From positions 153,107 through 217,106 of the forward strand of contig CBDHFN010000002.1 of NCBI GenBank assembly GCA_965262605.1: a stretch of 64,000 nucleotides of DNA, given 5' to 3'. The notes under the pieces were generated by a model, which saw nothing but the letters and a program-made list of their open reading frames with translations, searched no databases and was not told the origin of the DNA. A program made the translations under genes and the position numbers. Source of the stretch: Alphaproteobacteria bacterium. GTDB taxonomy: Bacteria > Pseudomonadota > Alphaproteobacteria > JASGCL01. The first letter of the stretch is position 1, and every line of letters starts with the position of its first letter. Below, piece by piece: positions 18,544-28,695 of this stretch.

Positions 18544-20541
18544 ATGAACGACATAATTTTAGAATGCAGAAATCTGGCAATATCCTATTTTACCAAAGAT
18601 GGTGAAGTTCCCGCTGTTTTTGATTTTAATATGAAAATTAAAAAAGGCGAATCAATGGGGCTTGTCGGCGAATCAGGTTGTGGCAAATCCACGGTGGCTT
18701 TGGCTATCATGAATTATATGGGTAAGAATGGCAAAATTGTCGGCGGGCAAATCTTGTTCCAAGGGCAAAATATGCTGGATATGAAGGAAAATGATTTAAA
18801 TAAATTGCGCGGTAATGGCTTGGCGATGGTTTATCAAGAACCCATGGCGTCGTTAAACCCATCAATGCTGATAAGCGAGCAATTGATGGAAATTCCCATG
18901 ATTCATCGTCAAGTTAGCGAAACAGAAGCCCGCAAACAAGCGTTTGAAATTCTGAACAAAGTTAAAATTCCTGACCCGAATCGCGTCTTAAACGCCTATC
19001 CGCATCAGATTTCGGGCGGACAACAACAACGAATCGTCATTGCCATGGCGTTATTATCGCAACCAAAATTATTGCTTTTGGACGAACCGACCACGGCGCT
19101 TGATGTTACAGTTGAAGCGGGTATTGTTGATTTAATTGCAAGTATCGCCAAGGAGCAAGGCACAAGTCTTTTATATATTTCCCATAATTTAGGCTTAATT
19201 TATGAAACTTGTCAAAATATCACCGTGATGTATTCAGGGCAAGCGGTTGAGCAAGGAAGCGTGCGCGAAGTATTTAGCACCATGCGCCACCCTTACACAA
19301 GGGGGCTTTTTAACGCCATTCCCCTGCCAAGTGCTAATAAATTCACGCGCCCATTAATTCCAATTCCCGGTCAATTACCCTTGCCGCATGAACGACCACA
19401 GGGGTGTAATTTTGGTCCAAGATGCGAATTTTTTGATAATGAGCTTTGCGGTAAAGATATAATGATGCAAGAAATTTCCAAGGGGCATGATTCACGATGC
19501 GCCAAAGTTGCCCAAATTAATTGGCAAGCCGAACCAAAATTCAAACCCGTTATTACCAAAAATCCTTCTGATGAAATTGTTTTGGATGTCGTTAATTTAC
19601 AAAAATATTATCCGATAAATATTGGCATGTTTGGGTCGGAAAAACGCACAATTAAAGCCAATGAACATATTAATTTTACCGCAAAAAAAGGGCAAACTTT
19701 GGCGATTGTTGGCGAATCGGGTTGTGGCAAGTCAACTTTGGCTAAAATTTTGATGGGTTTAGAAAATGCCACGGGCGGTAAAGTGCATTTCATGGGCGAA
19801 GATATTCAAAACACCCATGTTAATGAACGGGGCGCAAAATTAGTCGCCAATTTACAAATGATTTTTCAAAATCCTTTTGATACGCTAAATCCATCGCAAA
19901 CTATTGGGTTTCAAATCAGGCGCGTATTGCAAAAATTCGGTATTGGTAAAAATAGCACCGAACGCGAAGATATGATGCTGAATTTATTAGACCGCGTGAA
20001 ATTACCCCGCGAATTTGCCCGCCGTAAGCCAAGGCAATTATCGGGCGGACAAAAACAACGCATTGGCATTGCGCGCGCCTTTGCTGGCAAGCCAAGCATG
20101 GTAATTGCCGATGAACCAGTCTCTGCACTAGATGTCTCTGTGCAAGCCGCGGTTACGGAATTATTAATGGAAATTCAACAACAAAACGATACAACCATGG
20201 TTTTTATCAGCCATGATTTATCCTTAGTTCGCTATATAGCCGACGAAGTTGTGGTAATTTACTTGGGGCATATTGTTGAAAAAGGCAAAATTGACGAAGT
20301 ATTTAATAACCCGCAACATCCATATACAAAGGCATTATTATCATCGGTGCCTGTTGCCGATATTAACCACCAAAAATCGCGCATTATTCTTGACGGCGAA
20401 ATTCCTTCGGCGATTAATCCGCCAAGTGGTTGCAAATTTCACACCCGATGCCCAAGCTATATCGGCGATATTTGCAAAAATTCTGAACCAAAAACCAACC
20501 AAATTACGCCATCGCACAGCACAGCTTGTCATTTGCAATAA
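18544..20541 (+). CDS. ABC transporter ATP-binding protein with two fused ATPase domains (YejF/OppDF-like)
   Basis: 665 aa. There are two Walker A motifs (GESGCGKST twice), two signature motifs (LSGGQQQR, LSGGQKQR) and Opp-type C-terminal Cys motifs. Confidence 0.9.
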   Translation: MNDIILECRNLAISYFTKDGEVPAVFDFNMKIKKGESMGLVGESGCGKSTVALAIMNYMGKNGKIVGGQILFQGQNMLDMKENDLNKLRGNGLAMVYQEPMASLNPSMLISEQLMEIPMIHRQVSETEARKQAFEILNKVKIPDPNRVLNAYPHQISGGQQQRIVIAMALLSQPKLLLLDEPTTALDVTVEAGIVDLIASIAKEQGTSLLYISHNLGLIYETCQNITVMYSGQAVEQGSVREVFSTMRHPYTRGLFNAIPLPSANKFTRPLIPIPGQLPLPHERPQGCNFGPRCEFFDNELCGKDIMMQEISKGHDSRCAKVAQINWQAEPKFKPVITKNPSDEIVLDVVNLQKYYPINIGMFGSEKRTIKANEHINFTAKKGQTLAIVGESGCGKSTLAKILMGLENATGGKVHFMGEDIQNTHVNERGAKLVANLQMIFQNPFDTLNPSQTIGFQIRRVLQKFGIGKNSTEREDMMLNLLDRVKLPREFARRKPRQLSGGQKQRIGIARAFAGKPSMVIADEPVSALDVSVQAAVTELLMEIQQQNDTTMVFISHDLSLVRYIADEVVVIYLGHIVEKGKIDEVFNNPQHPYTKALLSSVPVADINHQKSRIILDGEIPSAINPPSGCKFHTRCPSYIGDICKNSEPKTNQITPSHSTACHLQ

Positions 20542-21899
20542 TTAATTTCTATCACGCCTTTTTGCCATAAAAAATGCGTTAATTCGTGCATTTCAAGGGG
20601 AATTTCGCTAAATTTCGTCAATGTCTTAAACCGATTGATGAAATTAATTATTTCTTGATTGGGCATTGTCGCATAAAATATCCGCAATATATGATATGGG
20701 CTGACGGCTTTGACAATGGCATTTTCTTCAATAATTTCTATATTTGCTTGCATTTGCAATTCATCATTGGGCAATAATTTATCGCGCATGGTAGTTTTTC
20801 GTATATTATCAATAAAATCTTTAATATCTTGAAAATTTTCATAGCGGCTTTGGGCAATAAATTCCGTGCCATCGGGAAATTTATCGCTGGCATTTATTGG
20901 CACGACTAAGCTAATAGTTCGTTTTACTAAATTTAAAACAAATCCATATACGCAACTGATAGTTTCGTGGGTTAAATCAATTGCTTCTGATTTTTCTTTT
21001 TCATGGTGTCCGCGGGCTTGGTTTTCTAAAAATCTGCGCCTTGCATGCCCACTATTTGCGACTGCAAGCATGGAGCCATGCGCCAATTGCGCAAAACTTA
21101 TGTCAATCAATTCTTCATTATCAAATAATTGGAAAATTTTATCAAGCTGGCGCAAGGAATATACCGAAAATCGCAAACCCGGTCCGGGTTTATTATTTAT
21201 CATTTTCTTAATTTTTAAGACTCTGTCGGGATATTTATCCGCCAAAGCCGTAGTCATCGCAGGATGCGCGTCATTAACTTGATAAAAAATTTCTGAAAAT
21301 AAATGATAATCAGGGTGGTCCAACGGATCGGTGGCGTAATATAAAAAGCCATTTTGGGCATTTTCATGCAAAAAAGTCTTAAAATAAAGCAAAATTTCGC
21401 GAAATAATTGCATATTTTGCGCCGAAGTTTCATAAAATCCCCGAAATTTATCCGCACCCACGCCACAAAACCAACACCCCCCCGTGCACCCATCAGTTAA
21501 TTCAATGCCAAACGGCAATAATAATGCCATTTTGGCGCGCGCCTCGCCAGTCATAAAATAATTGCGGTGCATCATGCGGTTGCGCCATTGTTTAAAATCT
21601 GCATCGGCGGAATCAAAACGGCTTCGGTCATAATAAAATTGCAAGACGCGATTAACCGATTGAAACACCTTATATAAGGCGATTTCTTGGTCATTTAATA
21701 GATTTATGCCGTTCAAAAGCTCAAAATACGCGTCTTCGCGCCTATCCCAAAACCTTCTTGTCGCTTCGGCATTTAAGCCAATTCCCCATTTGTCAAATGC
21801 CAATTGCGGATTTTGCATTAATTCCACGCGAAATTTTTCATCCATCATGGAATATTCAATTAATTTTTTTGCTTGCGCGACTAAACTCATTTCAACCAC
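20529..21899 (-). CDS. Radical SAM domain protein with an N-terminal extension of about 130 aa
   Basis: 456 aa. It carries a CX3CX2C triad (CTGGCWFC) and a downstream GGEP-like stretch (YYATDPLD). The N-terminus is FRVELMQNPQLAFDKWGIGLNAEA. The gene is convergent with the ABC operon and overlaps it by 13 nt. Confidence 0.6.
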   Translation of the reverse strand: MVEMSLVAQAKKLIEYSMMDEKFRVELMQNPQLAFDKWGIGLNAEATRRFWDRREDAYFELLNGINLLNDQEIALYKVFQSVNRVLQFYYDRSRFDSADADFKQWRNRMMHRNYFMTGEARAKMALLLPFGIELTDGCTGGCWFCGVGADKFRGFYETSAQNMQLFREILLYFKTFLHENAQNGFLYYATDPLDHPDYHLFSEIFYQVNDAHPAMTTALADKYPDRVLKIKKMINNKPGPGLRFSVYSLRQLDKIFQLFDNEELIDISFAQLAHGSMLAVANSGHARRRFLENQARGHHEKEKSEAIDLTHETISCVYGFVLNLVKRTISLVVPINASDKFPDGTEFIAQSRYENFQDIKDFIDNIRKTTMRDKLLPNDELQMQANIEIIEENAIVKAVSPYHILRIFYATMPNQEIINFINRFKTLTKFSEIPLEMHELTHFLWQKGVIEINYCK

Positions 21900-21974
21900 C
21901 CCGATTTATTTTATATTAACTTTTTTATTCAAATTGTCAATATATTTTATTGTGAATATATTAACATAAATGAA

Positions 21975-22694
21975 TTAATTTGGCGGTAAATCCCATAATA
22001 TTTTGGTAAGTTTAACGGCGTTTTCTAAATTTTCCATGGTAAATTCGGGGGAAAAATCATCATTACCAAAGCTTATAGCCCAATTAGCATCAGTTTTTTG
22101 AATAATATCTTGAATTTGGTCATGATGAAACCCCGTGGTGATATTGCCGCTATACACGGCACCGCCATCGGCTGTATTTAGCAAAAGTTTTAATTCCAAA
22201 ACGGGTGCGGGGGGCGTTATAGTCATAAAATATTTACCATTTTTATCATATCCCAAGGATATATTATGCCAATATAACCAGCATACTTTTTTGCGGTCGT
22301 ATTTGTCAGTACGGCAAGAAATTTGGTAATCATCGTCATTGCCCCTTAAAAAAGGGGCGTGCGTATCTTTTTGCAATTGGGCATTGTAATTCGCGTAATT
22401 CACAATATAAAACGAACCATTAATATCGCCAATTTCTTGCAAATGAATAAAATTCTCTAAATATGGCAACTCGCTATACACACGGCAAGAAATTCTGCCT
22501 TCGGGCAAAATGGGTTTATTGCGCATTAATAAATGCGGAATAATTTGCCGTGGCGCGTTAAATTTTGCGGGACTGCCTTCATAAATTATATCGGGGCAAA
22601 ACAGCAAATTCTCTGCCTTGGCATTTTTATAGCCCAAAAAGCAAACCACGCCTAAAATAGCAAAAAATTTAAAATAATTGACGCACGACTTCAT
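21975..22694 (-). CDS. Secreted hypothetical protein (signal peptide)
   Basis: 239 aa with an N-terminal signal sequence (FFAILGVVCFLGYKNAKA). I recognise no catalytic motif. Confidence 0.5.
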   Translation of the reverse strand: MKSCVNYFKFFAILGVVCFLGYKNAKAENLLFCPDIIYEGSPAKFNAPRQIIPHLLMRNKPILPEGRISCRVYSELPYLENFIHLQEIGDINGSFYIVNYANYNAQLQKDTHAPFLRGNDDDYQISCRTDKYDRKKVCWLYWHNISLGYDKNGKYFMTITPPAPVLELKLLLNTADGGAVYSGNITTGFHHDQIQDIIQKTDANWAISFGNDDFSPEFTMENLENAVKLTKILWDLPPN

Positions 22695-23142
22695 ATAAAG
22701 ACCCTGTTTTATAATAAGAAAATTTTATGCCGATTTTTTGTGCGCATTGCTCATCGGATAATTTATCGCCGATAAAAAAACAATCTTGCGCCTGTAAATC
22801 ATAATCTAGAATAGCTTGCTTAACCAAAGCTGTATTGGGTTTGCGGCATGCGCAATTATCGCTTGGCAAATGCGGGCAATGATAAAATTGGCTTATTTGC
22901 GTGCCGTGTTTTATCAAAGCCTGATTCATGGTTGCATGAAATAAATCCATTTGATTTTTAGTATAAAACCCGCGCCCGATGCCTGATTGATTGGTGATGA
23001 CTATTGCTAAATATCCATTATCGGTGCTATATTTAACAGCGTCCATTGCGCCTTGAATAAATTTCAATTCGTCTGGTTTATGGGTATAACCATCGTCAAA
23101 ATTAAGCGTGCCATCGCGGTCAAAAAATACGGCTTTACTCAT
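22669..23142 (-). CDS. gmhB: D,D-heptose 1,7-bisphosphate phosphatase-like HAD hydrolase (GmhB family)
   Basis: 157 aa with the HAD motif VFFDRDGTLN and GmhB-like Cys/His zinc-site residues (CPHLPSDNCACRKP). Confidence 0.75.
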   Translation of the reverse strand: MSKAVFFDRDGTLNFDDGYTHKPDELKFIQGAMDAVKYSTDNGYLAIVITNQSGIGRGFYTKNQMDLFHATMNQALIKHGTQISQFYHCPHLPSDNCACRKPNTALVKQAILDYDLQAQDCFFIGDKLSDEQCAQKIGIKFSYYKTGSLYEVVRQLF

Positions 23143-23972
23143 TGCGATTGCTCCTGCGCTTGTTTTTCTTTATGGTCGCGCAATTTTCTGATAATAACCG
23201 CCGAAGTTTCTTCAATGGATCGGTGCGACACATCCATAATATGCCAATTATTTTGCCGACATAATTTCTTAAAATCGCGCAATTCTTGGCTAATTTTATC
23301 TATATCGGCATAATCCGAACCGCTGTTTTGATTCATCACCAGCAAGCGATTTTTGCGAATTTCGGCTAATTCTTCGGGGTTTTTCACTAAACCAATGATT
23401 AAAGGCTTGGTTAATTGGTATAATTGCTTGGGAATGGAATTTTCATCAACATATGGGATATTCGCGCATTTCACCCCGCGATTCGCTAAATAAGCCGCCG
23501 TAGGCGATTTTGATGACCTTGACACGCCCAATAAAATCACATCGGCATTTTCAATCGTGTTAAATCCCAAACCATCATCGTGGTTTAAGGTAAAATCAAT
23601 AGCAGAAATGCGCATAAAATATTCTTCGCTAAGGTGATGTTGTCCGCCCGGTGCTTCCTTGGGCTTAATACCAAAAATCATGGAAAATTGCGTGATGATG
23701 GGATTTAAAACATCAATATAGGCAATATTATTTTGCGTGGCGATTTGCTTGGCTGTATTGGATAATTTTTCATTGGCAAAAGTATATAATAGCAATTCAA
23801 ACCCTTGGGGGTTTTTGTCTAAAATAAAATTAAGTTGCCCTTGGGTGCGCACTTCTGGGTATGGTTCTACTTCAAATTTATGTTCGGGAAATTGCGCCAA
23901 AACTGCCCTTACCAATGAATCTAATGTTTCACCAGTTGAATCGGAAATTAAGCATATTTTATGGCTTATCAT
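23139..23972 (-). CDS. PEP synthetase / pyruvate-phosphate dikinase regulatory protein (PSRP, DUF299 kinase/pyrophosphorylase)
   Basis: 277 aa with PSRP family sequence (ISDSTGETL...ADVILLGVSRSSKSPTAAYLANRG). Confidence 0.75.
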   Translation of the reverse strand: MISHKICLISDSTGETLDSLVRAVLAQFPEHKFEVEPYPEVRTQGQLNFILDKNPQGFELLLYTFANEKLSNTAKQIATQNNIAYIDVLNPIITQFSMIFGIKPKEAPGGQHHLSEEYFMRISAIDFTLNHDDGLGFNTIENADVILLGVSRSSKSPTAAYLANRGVKCANIPYVDENSIPKQLYQLTKPLIIGLVKNPEELAEIRKNRLLVMNQNSGSDYADIDKISQELRDFKKLCRQNNWHIMDVSHRSIEETSAVIIRKLRDHKEKQAQEQSQ

Positions 23973-24102
23973 TGCCTTAATTTACCTTGATTCTTAGGCG
24001 TGTCAATATATTAAAGTAAGGTAAATGCCCTGCATCGCAAGGCTTGACATTTAATAAAAAATGTTTTATGCAATATTATCACCATTAACGAAAGGCTTAA
24101 TT

Positions 24103-24624
24103 ATGGACATCAGCAAAATTTCAACTGGCAAAAACCCACCCGAAGATATTAATGTTATTATTGAAATTCCTATGATGGTGCCGATTAAATATGAATTGGA
24201 CAAAGAATCAGGGGCTGTCATGGTTGACCGATTTATCGCAACCCCGATGTATTACCCATGTAATTATGGATTTATTCCCAATACCTTGTCTGATGATGGC
24301 GACCCAACCGATGTTTTAGTTGTTTGTCAGCACCCGATTCAAGCAGGTGCGGTGATTCGTTGCCGTCCGATTGGCGTATTGTTAATGGAAGATGAATCAG
24401 GATTTGATGAAAAAATTATTGCTGTGCCCCACGCAAAAATGACTCCATATTACGACAAAGTTAACGAATGTTCGGATTTGCCCGAAATTTTAACCCAACA
24501 AATTAAACATTTTTTTGAACATTACAAAGATTTAGAAAAAAATAAATGGGTTAAAGTTAAAGAATGGGGCAATGCCGCCAAAGCCCGTGATTTAATTCAA
24601 GAAGGCGTGAAACGGGCAAAATAA
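24103..24624 (+). CDS. ppa: Inorganic pyrophosphatase
   Basis: The ORF is 24061-24624, with a likely start at MDISKI. Family I PPase motifs are present ([27 protein letters not shown]). Confidence 0.9.
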   Translation: MDISKISTGKNPPEDINVIIEIPMMVPIKYELDKESGAVMVDRFIATPMYYPCNYGFIPNTLSDDGDPTDVLVVCQHPIQAGAVIRCRPIGVLLMEDESGFDEKIIAVPHAKMTPYYDKVNECSDLPEILTQQIKHFFEHYKDLEKNKWVKVKEWGNAAKARDLIQEGVKRAK

Positions 24625-24839
24625 TGCACCAGCTTGATACTTCGGGATTGCAATGCCCTTTGCCGGTGTTAAAAGCAAATAAATATCTGAAATCCATGCA
24701 AAATGGCGAACAATTAACCATTATCGCCACCGACCCCCATGCTGATATAGATTTTCCCGAATTTTGTAAGGCGCAGAATTATAAATTAATTAGCCGCACG
24801 CAAAATAACCAACAACGAATTTTTGTCATTGAAAAATAA
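24624..24839 (+). CDS. TusA/SirA-like sulfur carrier protein
   Basis: 71 aa with the CPxP motif (LQCPLPVLK). Its start overlaps the ppa stop. Confidence 0.75.
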   Translation: MHQLDTSGLQCPLPVLKANKYLKSMQNGEQLTIIATDPHADIDFPEFCKAQNYKLISRTQNNQQRIFVIEK

Positions 24840-24868
24840 AGCTTTGGCTTGTTTTTACGCAAAAATTA

Positions 24869-25534
24869 TTGTATATTATAATAATGTATCACAGATTTTG
24901 TCATTTTTTTGGCTTATTTTTAATTTTAAGCGCCTTATCGGGATGTTATTTGCCCGGTGATTTTGACGCTTTGTTAGAAATTGACGGCAAGGGAAGATAT
25001 AGATTTTCCTATCAAGGTGAGTTAATGTCCATGAATATATTGCAAAAAATTGCCCAAAATGATTTTAAATCACAACAAGATTTTGACGAAGCCATCGCGG
25101 CGCAAATTCGCGAATTAAAAACTAAGCAAGGCATTAGCGAGCTTGAATGGATTGGCGATGCAAAATTTCAATTAAAATACGAAAAAATCGGTTTTGCACG
25201 CGCAGGCATATTTTATTTTTTAAAAAAGCAATCTGAAATTTTTTCGGTGCGCATGGAACCCGACCCTAAAAACCCGAATTTAGTCTTAGTGAAAAGCCAT
25301 AAACCCGAAAAAAAATATGTTATTGATTTAACGAACAAAGGCTATCGCCTCCATTCAACTTTTAAGGTAAAAACTAACGCCAAAATTTTAGAAAGCAACG
25401 CCGAAGAAGTCGTGCAAACCAAGGATTCTTCAACTTTATTAACATGGCATTTTTCGTCATTGCAATCACCATCGGTGCGATTATTGCTGGAAATTGAACC
25501 ATACACACCACCCGTAAGCCAGAAAGTCCAATAA
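24869..25534 (+). CDS. Hypothetical lipoprotein
   Basis: It has a lipobox-like LSALSGC after a hydrophobic N-terminus. No other motif is visible. Confidence 0.5.
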   Translation: MYIIIMYHRFCHFFGLFLILSALSGCYLPGDFDALLEIDGKGRYRFSYQGELMSMNILQKIAQNDFKSQQDFDEAIAAQIRELKTKQGISELEWIGDAKFQLKYEKIGFARAGIFYFLKKQSEIFSVRMEPDPKNPNLVLVKSHKPEKKYVIDLTNKGYRLHSTFKVKTNAKILESNAEEVVQTKDSSTLLTWHFSSLQSPSVRLLLEIEPYTPPVSQKVQ

Positions 25535-26778
25535 TGGTAAATATTGTTGCAGAAATGGGCAAAAATGCCCGCATTGCCTTAGCGCAAAGCACTTCCATCA
25601 CGATTGGGCAAAAAATTCAAGCTCTTAATTTGATTGCGGATTTAATTTTAACGAATCAAGATAAAATTCTTGAAGCGAATCGCCAAGATTGCGAAAACGC
25701 AAGCCATTTATCCGCGCCCATGTTAAGCAGATTAAAACTTAGCGAATCAAATTTAAAATCTATGGCGCAATCATTGCGCGATATTGCCGCGATGCCCAAC
25801 CCATTGGGGCGCATTTTAGATACAAAAACCCGCCCAAACGGGCTTATTATTGAAAAAATTTCTGTGCCCATCGGTGTTATCGGTATTATTTACGAATCGC
25901 GCCCCAATGTCACCACGGATGCGGCGGCATTGTGTTTTTGGTCGGGAAATGCGGTTATTTTGCGCGGTGGGTCAGAATCTTTTAATAGTTCTAAAATATT
26001 AGTGGATATTTTTCGCCAAGGATTGCATCAATGCCGACTTCCCATGAATTTAGTACAATTTATTCCCAATATCGCCCGCGAATCGGTCAAACAAATGTTG
26101 CATTGCCATGAATATATTGATGTTATCGTGCCAAGGGGGGGTAAAAACCTGATTAAACTTGTGCAAAGCGAGGCAACTATGCCCGTATTTGCGCATTTAG
26201 ACGGCAATTGCCATATTTATGTCCATGAAGATGCCGATTTTTCCCAAGCTTGCGCCATTATCGTCAATGCTAAATTACGGCGCGTTGATGTTTGTGGTGC
26301 TTGCGAAAGCCTGCTGGTTGACTCGGCAATTGCCGCAAAATTTATTCCTAAAATCGCTGAAATTTTAACGGCGCAAAATTGCGAAATTCGCGCTTGCCCT
26401 GAATCATTACAATATATCGCCAACGCCCTGCCCGCAAGCGAAGCGGATTATTCCATGGAATATTTAGACAAAATTATTTCCTTAAAAATCGTTAAAAATA
26501 TTGATGAAGCCATCTTGCATATTAATCAATATGGTTCACACCATACGGATGCGATTATTACAAATAATCTTGACAAAACAGATTTTTTCTTTCATAATAT
26601 ACAAAGTGCTATTGTAATTCACAATGCTTCAACTCAATTCGCTGATGGCGGTGAATTGGGAAAAGGTGCTGAAATTGGAATTGCAACGGGACGATTCCAC
26701 GCAAGGGGACCAATTGGCGCCGAAGAATTAACCATTTTTCAATACCACATAAGGGGCAAAGGGCAAATAAGAAATTAA
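25534..26778 (+). CDS. proA: Gamma-glutamyl phosphate reductase
   Basis: 414 aa of the ALDH-like ProA family (IGVIGIIYESRPNVTTDAAALC..., catalytic Cys region CNA/ESLLV). Confidence 0.9.
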   Translation: MVNIVAEMGKNARIALAQSTSITIGQKIQALNLIADLILTNQDKILEANRQDCENASHLSAPMLSRLKLSESNLKSMAQSLRDIAAMPNPLGRILDTKTRPNGLIIEKISVPIGVIGIIYESRPNVTTDAAALCFWSGNAVILRGGSESFNSSKILVDIFRQGLHQCRLPMNLVQFIPNIARESVKQMLHCHEYIDVIVPRGGKNLIKLVQSEATMPVFAHLDGNCHIYVHEDADFSQACAIIVNAKLRRVDVCGACESLLVDSAIAAKFIPKIAEILTAQNCEIRACPESLQYIANALPASEADYSMEYLDKIISLKIVKNIDEAILHINQYGSHHTDAIITNNLDKTDFFFHNIQSAIVIHNASTQFADGGELGKGAEIGIATGRFHARGPIGAEELTIFQYHIRGKGQIRN

Positions 26779-26780
26779 CA

Positions 26781-27863
26781 ATGCAGAATTCGCGAAGAAA
26801 ATTTATCCATAAAGCTGTTGCTGGATCTTTGATGCTGAGTGCGCCGTATATTCTACGCGCCGTGGGTGATGAAATTTTAAATTTCGCCCTGCCGCAAACT
26901 GATAGTAAAAAAGAATTTTTAAACGAATTTTCATCATTATATAAAGTTAAGGTTAGATATATATATTACAATAGCTTTGATAATTTTTTAGCGCAAGTCT
27001 ATAAAGGCGGCTCAGATGTAGATGTTATTTTGTCCAATAGTTTTGAAGCATCAATTCTTTATCGCCATAAAAAATTACTTAAAATCCCTTATGCTAAAGT
27101 GCAAAATTTGCAAAATATCTCACACATTAAAAATGCGATAACAACGGCTGCAACATATGATGAAAATTATGATTATAATTATGTTTTAGGGCATACTTAT
27201 GCCAATTTAATTTACCGCAAGAGCGTATTTCCCCAACAACCGCCAGATTGGGGTGAATTATTCCCCACAAAACCCAGCAAAGTGCGCGTTGCATGGACTT
27301 CCAATGGCAAGCATACTGTTCGTTTAGCTTCAAAATTTTTGGGGTATGGATTTAACAATACCTATAAAAAATCATTGGATATTGTGCGTGATTTATTAAT
27401 AACATCGGTTAATTTCGTATCAAATTTCTCCGAAGGCATGAATGACGATTTGGTTTTGAATGATTTTGCCGATATTGGCATGTCTTACACCGCTTCAAGC
27501 TTGCCAAGATTAATAACCACCAAGGATTTTGCCAATACGATTCCATTAACTGGCACCGCCATGGGTGAAGCAGTTTTAGTCATTCCCACTATATCTAAAA
27601 ATGAAGGGGCGGTGATTAGTTTATTTGAATTTTTGTCAACGCCCTTGATTAACAAAACCATGGTTGAATCAAGTTATATGGCAACCCCTTACCCAGAAAT
27701 TTTAAAATTAACTTCGTTGCCATATCAATCAAATCCATATATATTCCCCAAAAATATTGACAAGAAACTTATTGAGCCATATCTTGATTTAGGCGATGAT
27801 GTAAATAAATATATTTGGGAAATTTGGAAACAAGTTATAAAATCACGCATTGCCAAAACTTAA
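26781..27863 (+). CDS. PotD/PotF-family periplasmic substrate-binding protein with a Tat-like signal
   Basis: 360 aa with SRRKFIHKAVAGSLMLSA (twin-arginine-like) and a PotD-family C-terminus. It is paralogous to the ORF at 44511-45572. Confidence 0.7.
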   Translation: MQNSRRKFIHKAVAGSLMLSAPYILRAVGDEILNFALPQTDSKKEFLNEFSSLYKVKVRYIYYNSFDNFLAQVYKGGSDVDVILSNSFEASILYRHKKLLKIPYAKVQNLQNISHIKNAITTAATYDENYDYNYVLGHTYANLIYRKSVFPQQPPDWGELFPTKPSKVRVAWTSNGKHTVRLASKFLGYGFNNTYKKSLDIVRDLLITSVNFVSNFSEGMNDDLVLNDFADIGMSYTASSLPRLITTKDFANTIPLTGTAMGEAVLVIPTISKNEGAVISLFEFLSTPLINKTMVESSYMATPYPEILKLTSLPYQSNPYIFPKNIDKKLIEPYLDLGDDVNKYIWEIWKQVIKSRIAKT

Positions 27864-28695
27864 AATTATGTTTAATAACATTGGTAATTTTTTTTTATGG
27901 AATTATAAAATACTAATTGCGTGTTGGCTGATGATATTTCTTGTGAATTGCACCGATTCGCATCAACCAAAATCCGTTATACCACCCGAGGAAGTAAAAA
28001 AATTAGCGGATTTTAGCGATGAATATGCACCGCCCATCACCCAAAAATCTTTAATAAAAAATACGGCAGGCCCAGAAAAATTGCCCAATGAACAACCGCA
28101 ACTAAGGGTCGGCAAAATTCAAATTGATGATATTGAACCAACCCCACCGCCAAGCGCAAAATTTCAATCGCAATTACCTGATAATCTTGCCCAAACGCCA
28201 TACCCCAAAGCCGACAACGCCATTAAGAGCGCAAAATATCCCGTTGCGAATAATGCGCCAATTACCGCGCAAGCTAATCCCCCTTCCCCTCCTGCGCAAG
28301 TTAATTCCCCCACGAATAGCATAAATTCCACCAATAACTTATTGCCTAAACCTGCTTTAACCATTTATTTCGCCCAAAACGCCACGCAATTAGACGATGA
28401 CGATATTAACGCCTTAAAAATCATCAGCCAGAAATTCAAGGAATTAACAAAAAAACACCCGAATTTAATTATTCAAATTCAAGGACATACTAATAATACT
28501 GAAGGGGGGCAATCAGCGGTTAAGCAATATCGCGATACGCTGTCGTTAAACCGCGCCGTGCAGATTCATCGGTTATTAGGGAATTTAGGCGTGCCCAAAG
28601 ATGCCATGGTTTTAGCAAAATTTGGCGATAGCAAACCAAAATCAACGATTAGTGAGGATAATCGGCGCGTGGAACTTTATTTTATTATAAATTAA
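27850..28695 (+). CDS. OmpA-like peptidoglycan-binding domain protein with a Pro-rich linker
   Basis: It has an N-terminal TM/signal, a P-rich low-complexity middle and a C-terminal OmpA-like domain (NRRVELYFI). Confidence 0.7.
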   Translation: MPKLKIMFNNIGNFFLWNYKILIACWLMIFLVNCTDSHQPKSVIPPEEVKKLADFSDEYAPPITQKSLIKNTAGPEKLPNEQPQLRVGKIQIDDIEPTPPPSAKFQSQLPDNLAQTPYPKADNAIKSAKYPVANNAPITAQANPPSPPAQVNSPTNSINSTNNLLPKPALTIYFAQNATQLDDDDINALKIISQKFKELTKKHPNLIIQIQGHTNNTEGGQSAVKQYRDTLSLNRAVQIHRLLGNLGVPKDAMVLAKFGDSKPKSTISEDNRRVELYFIIN

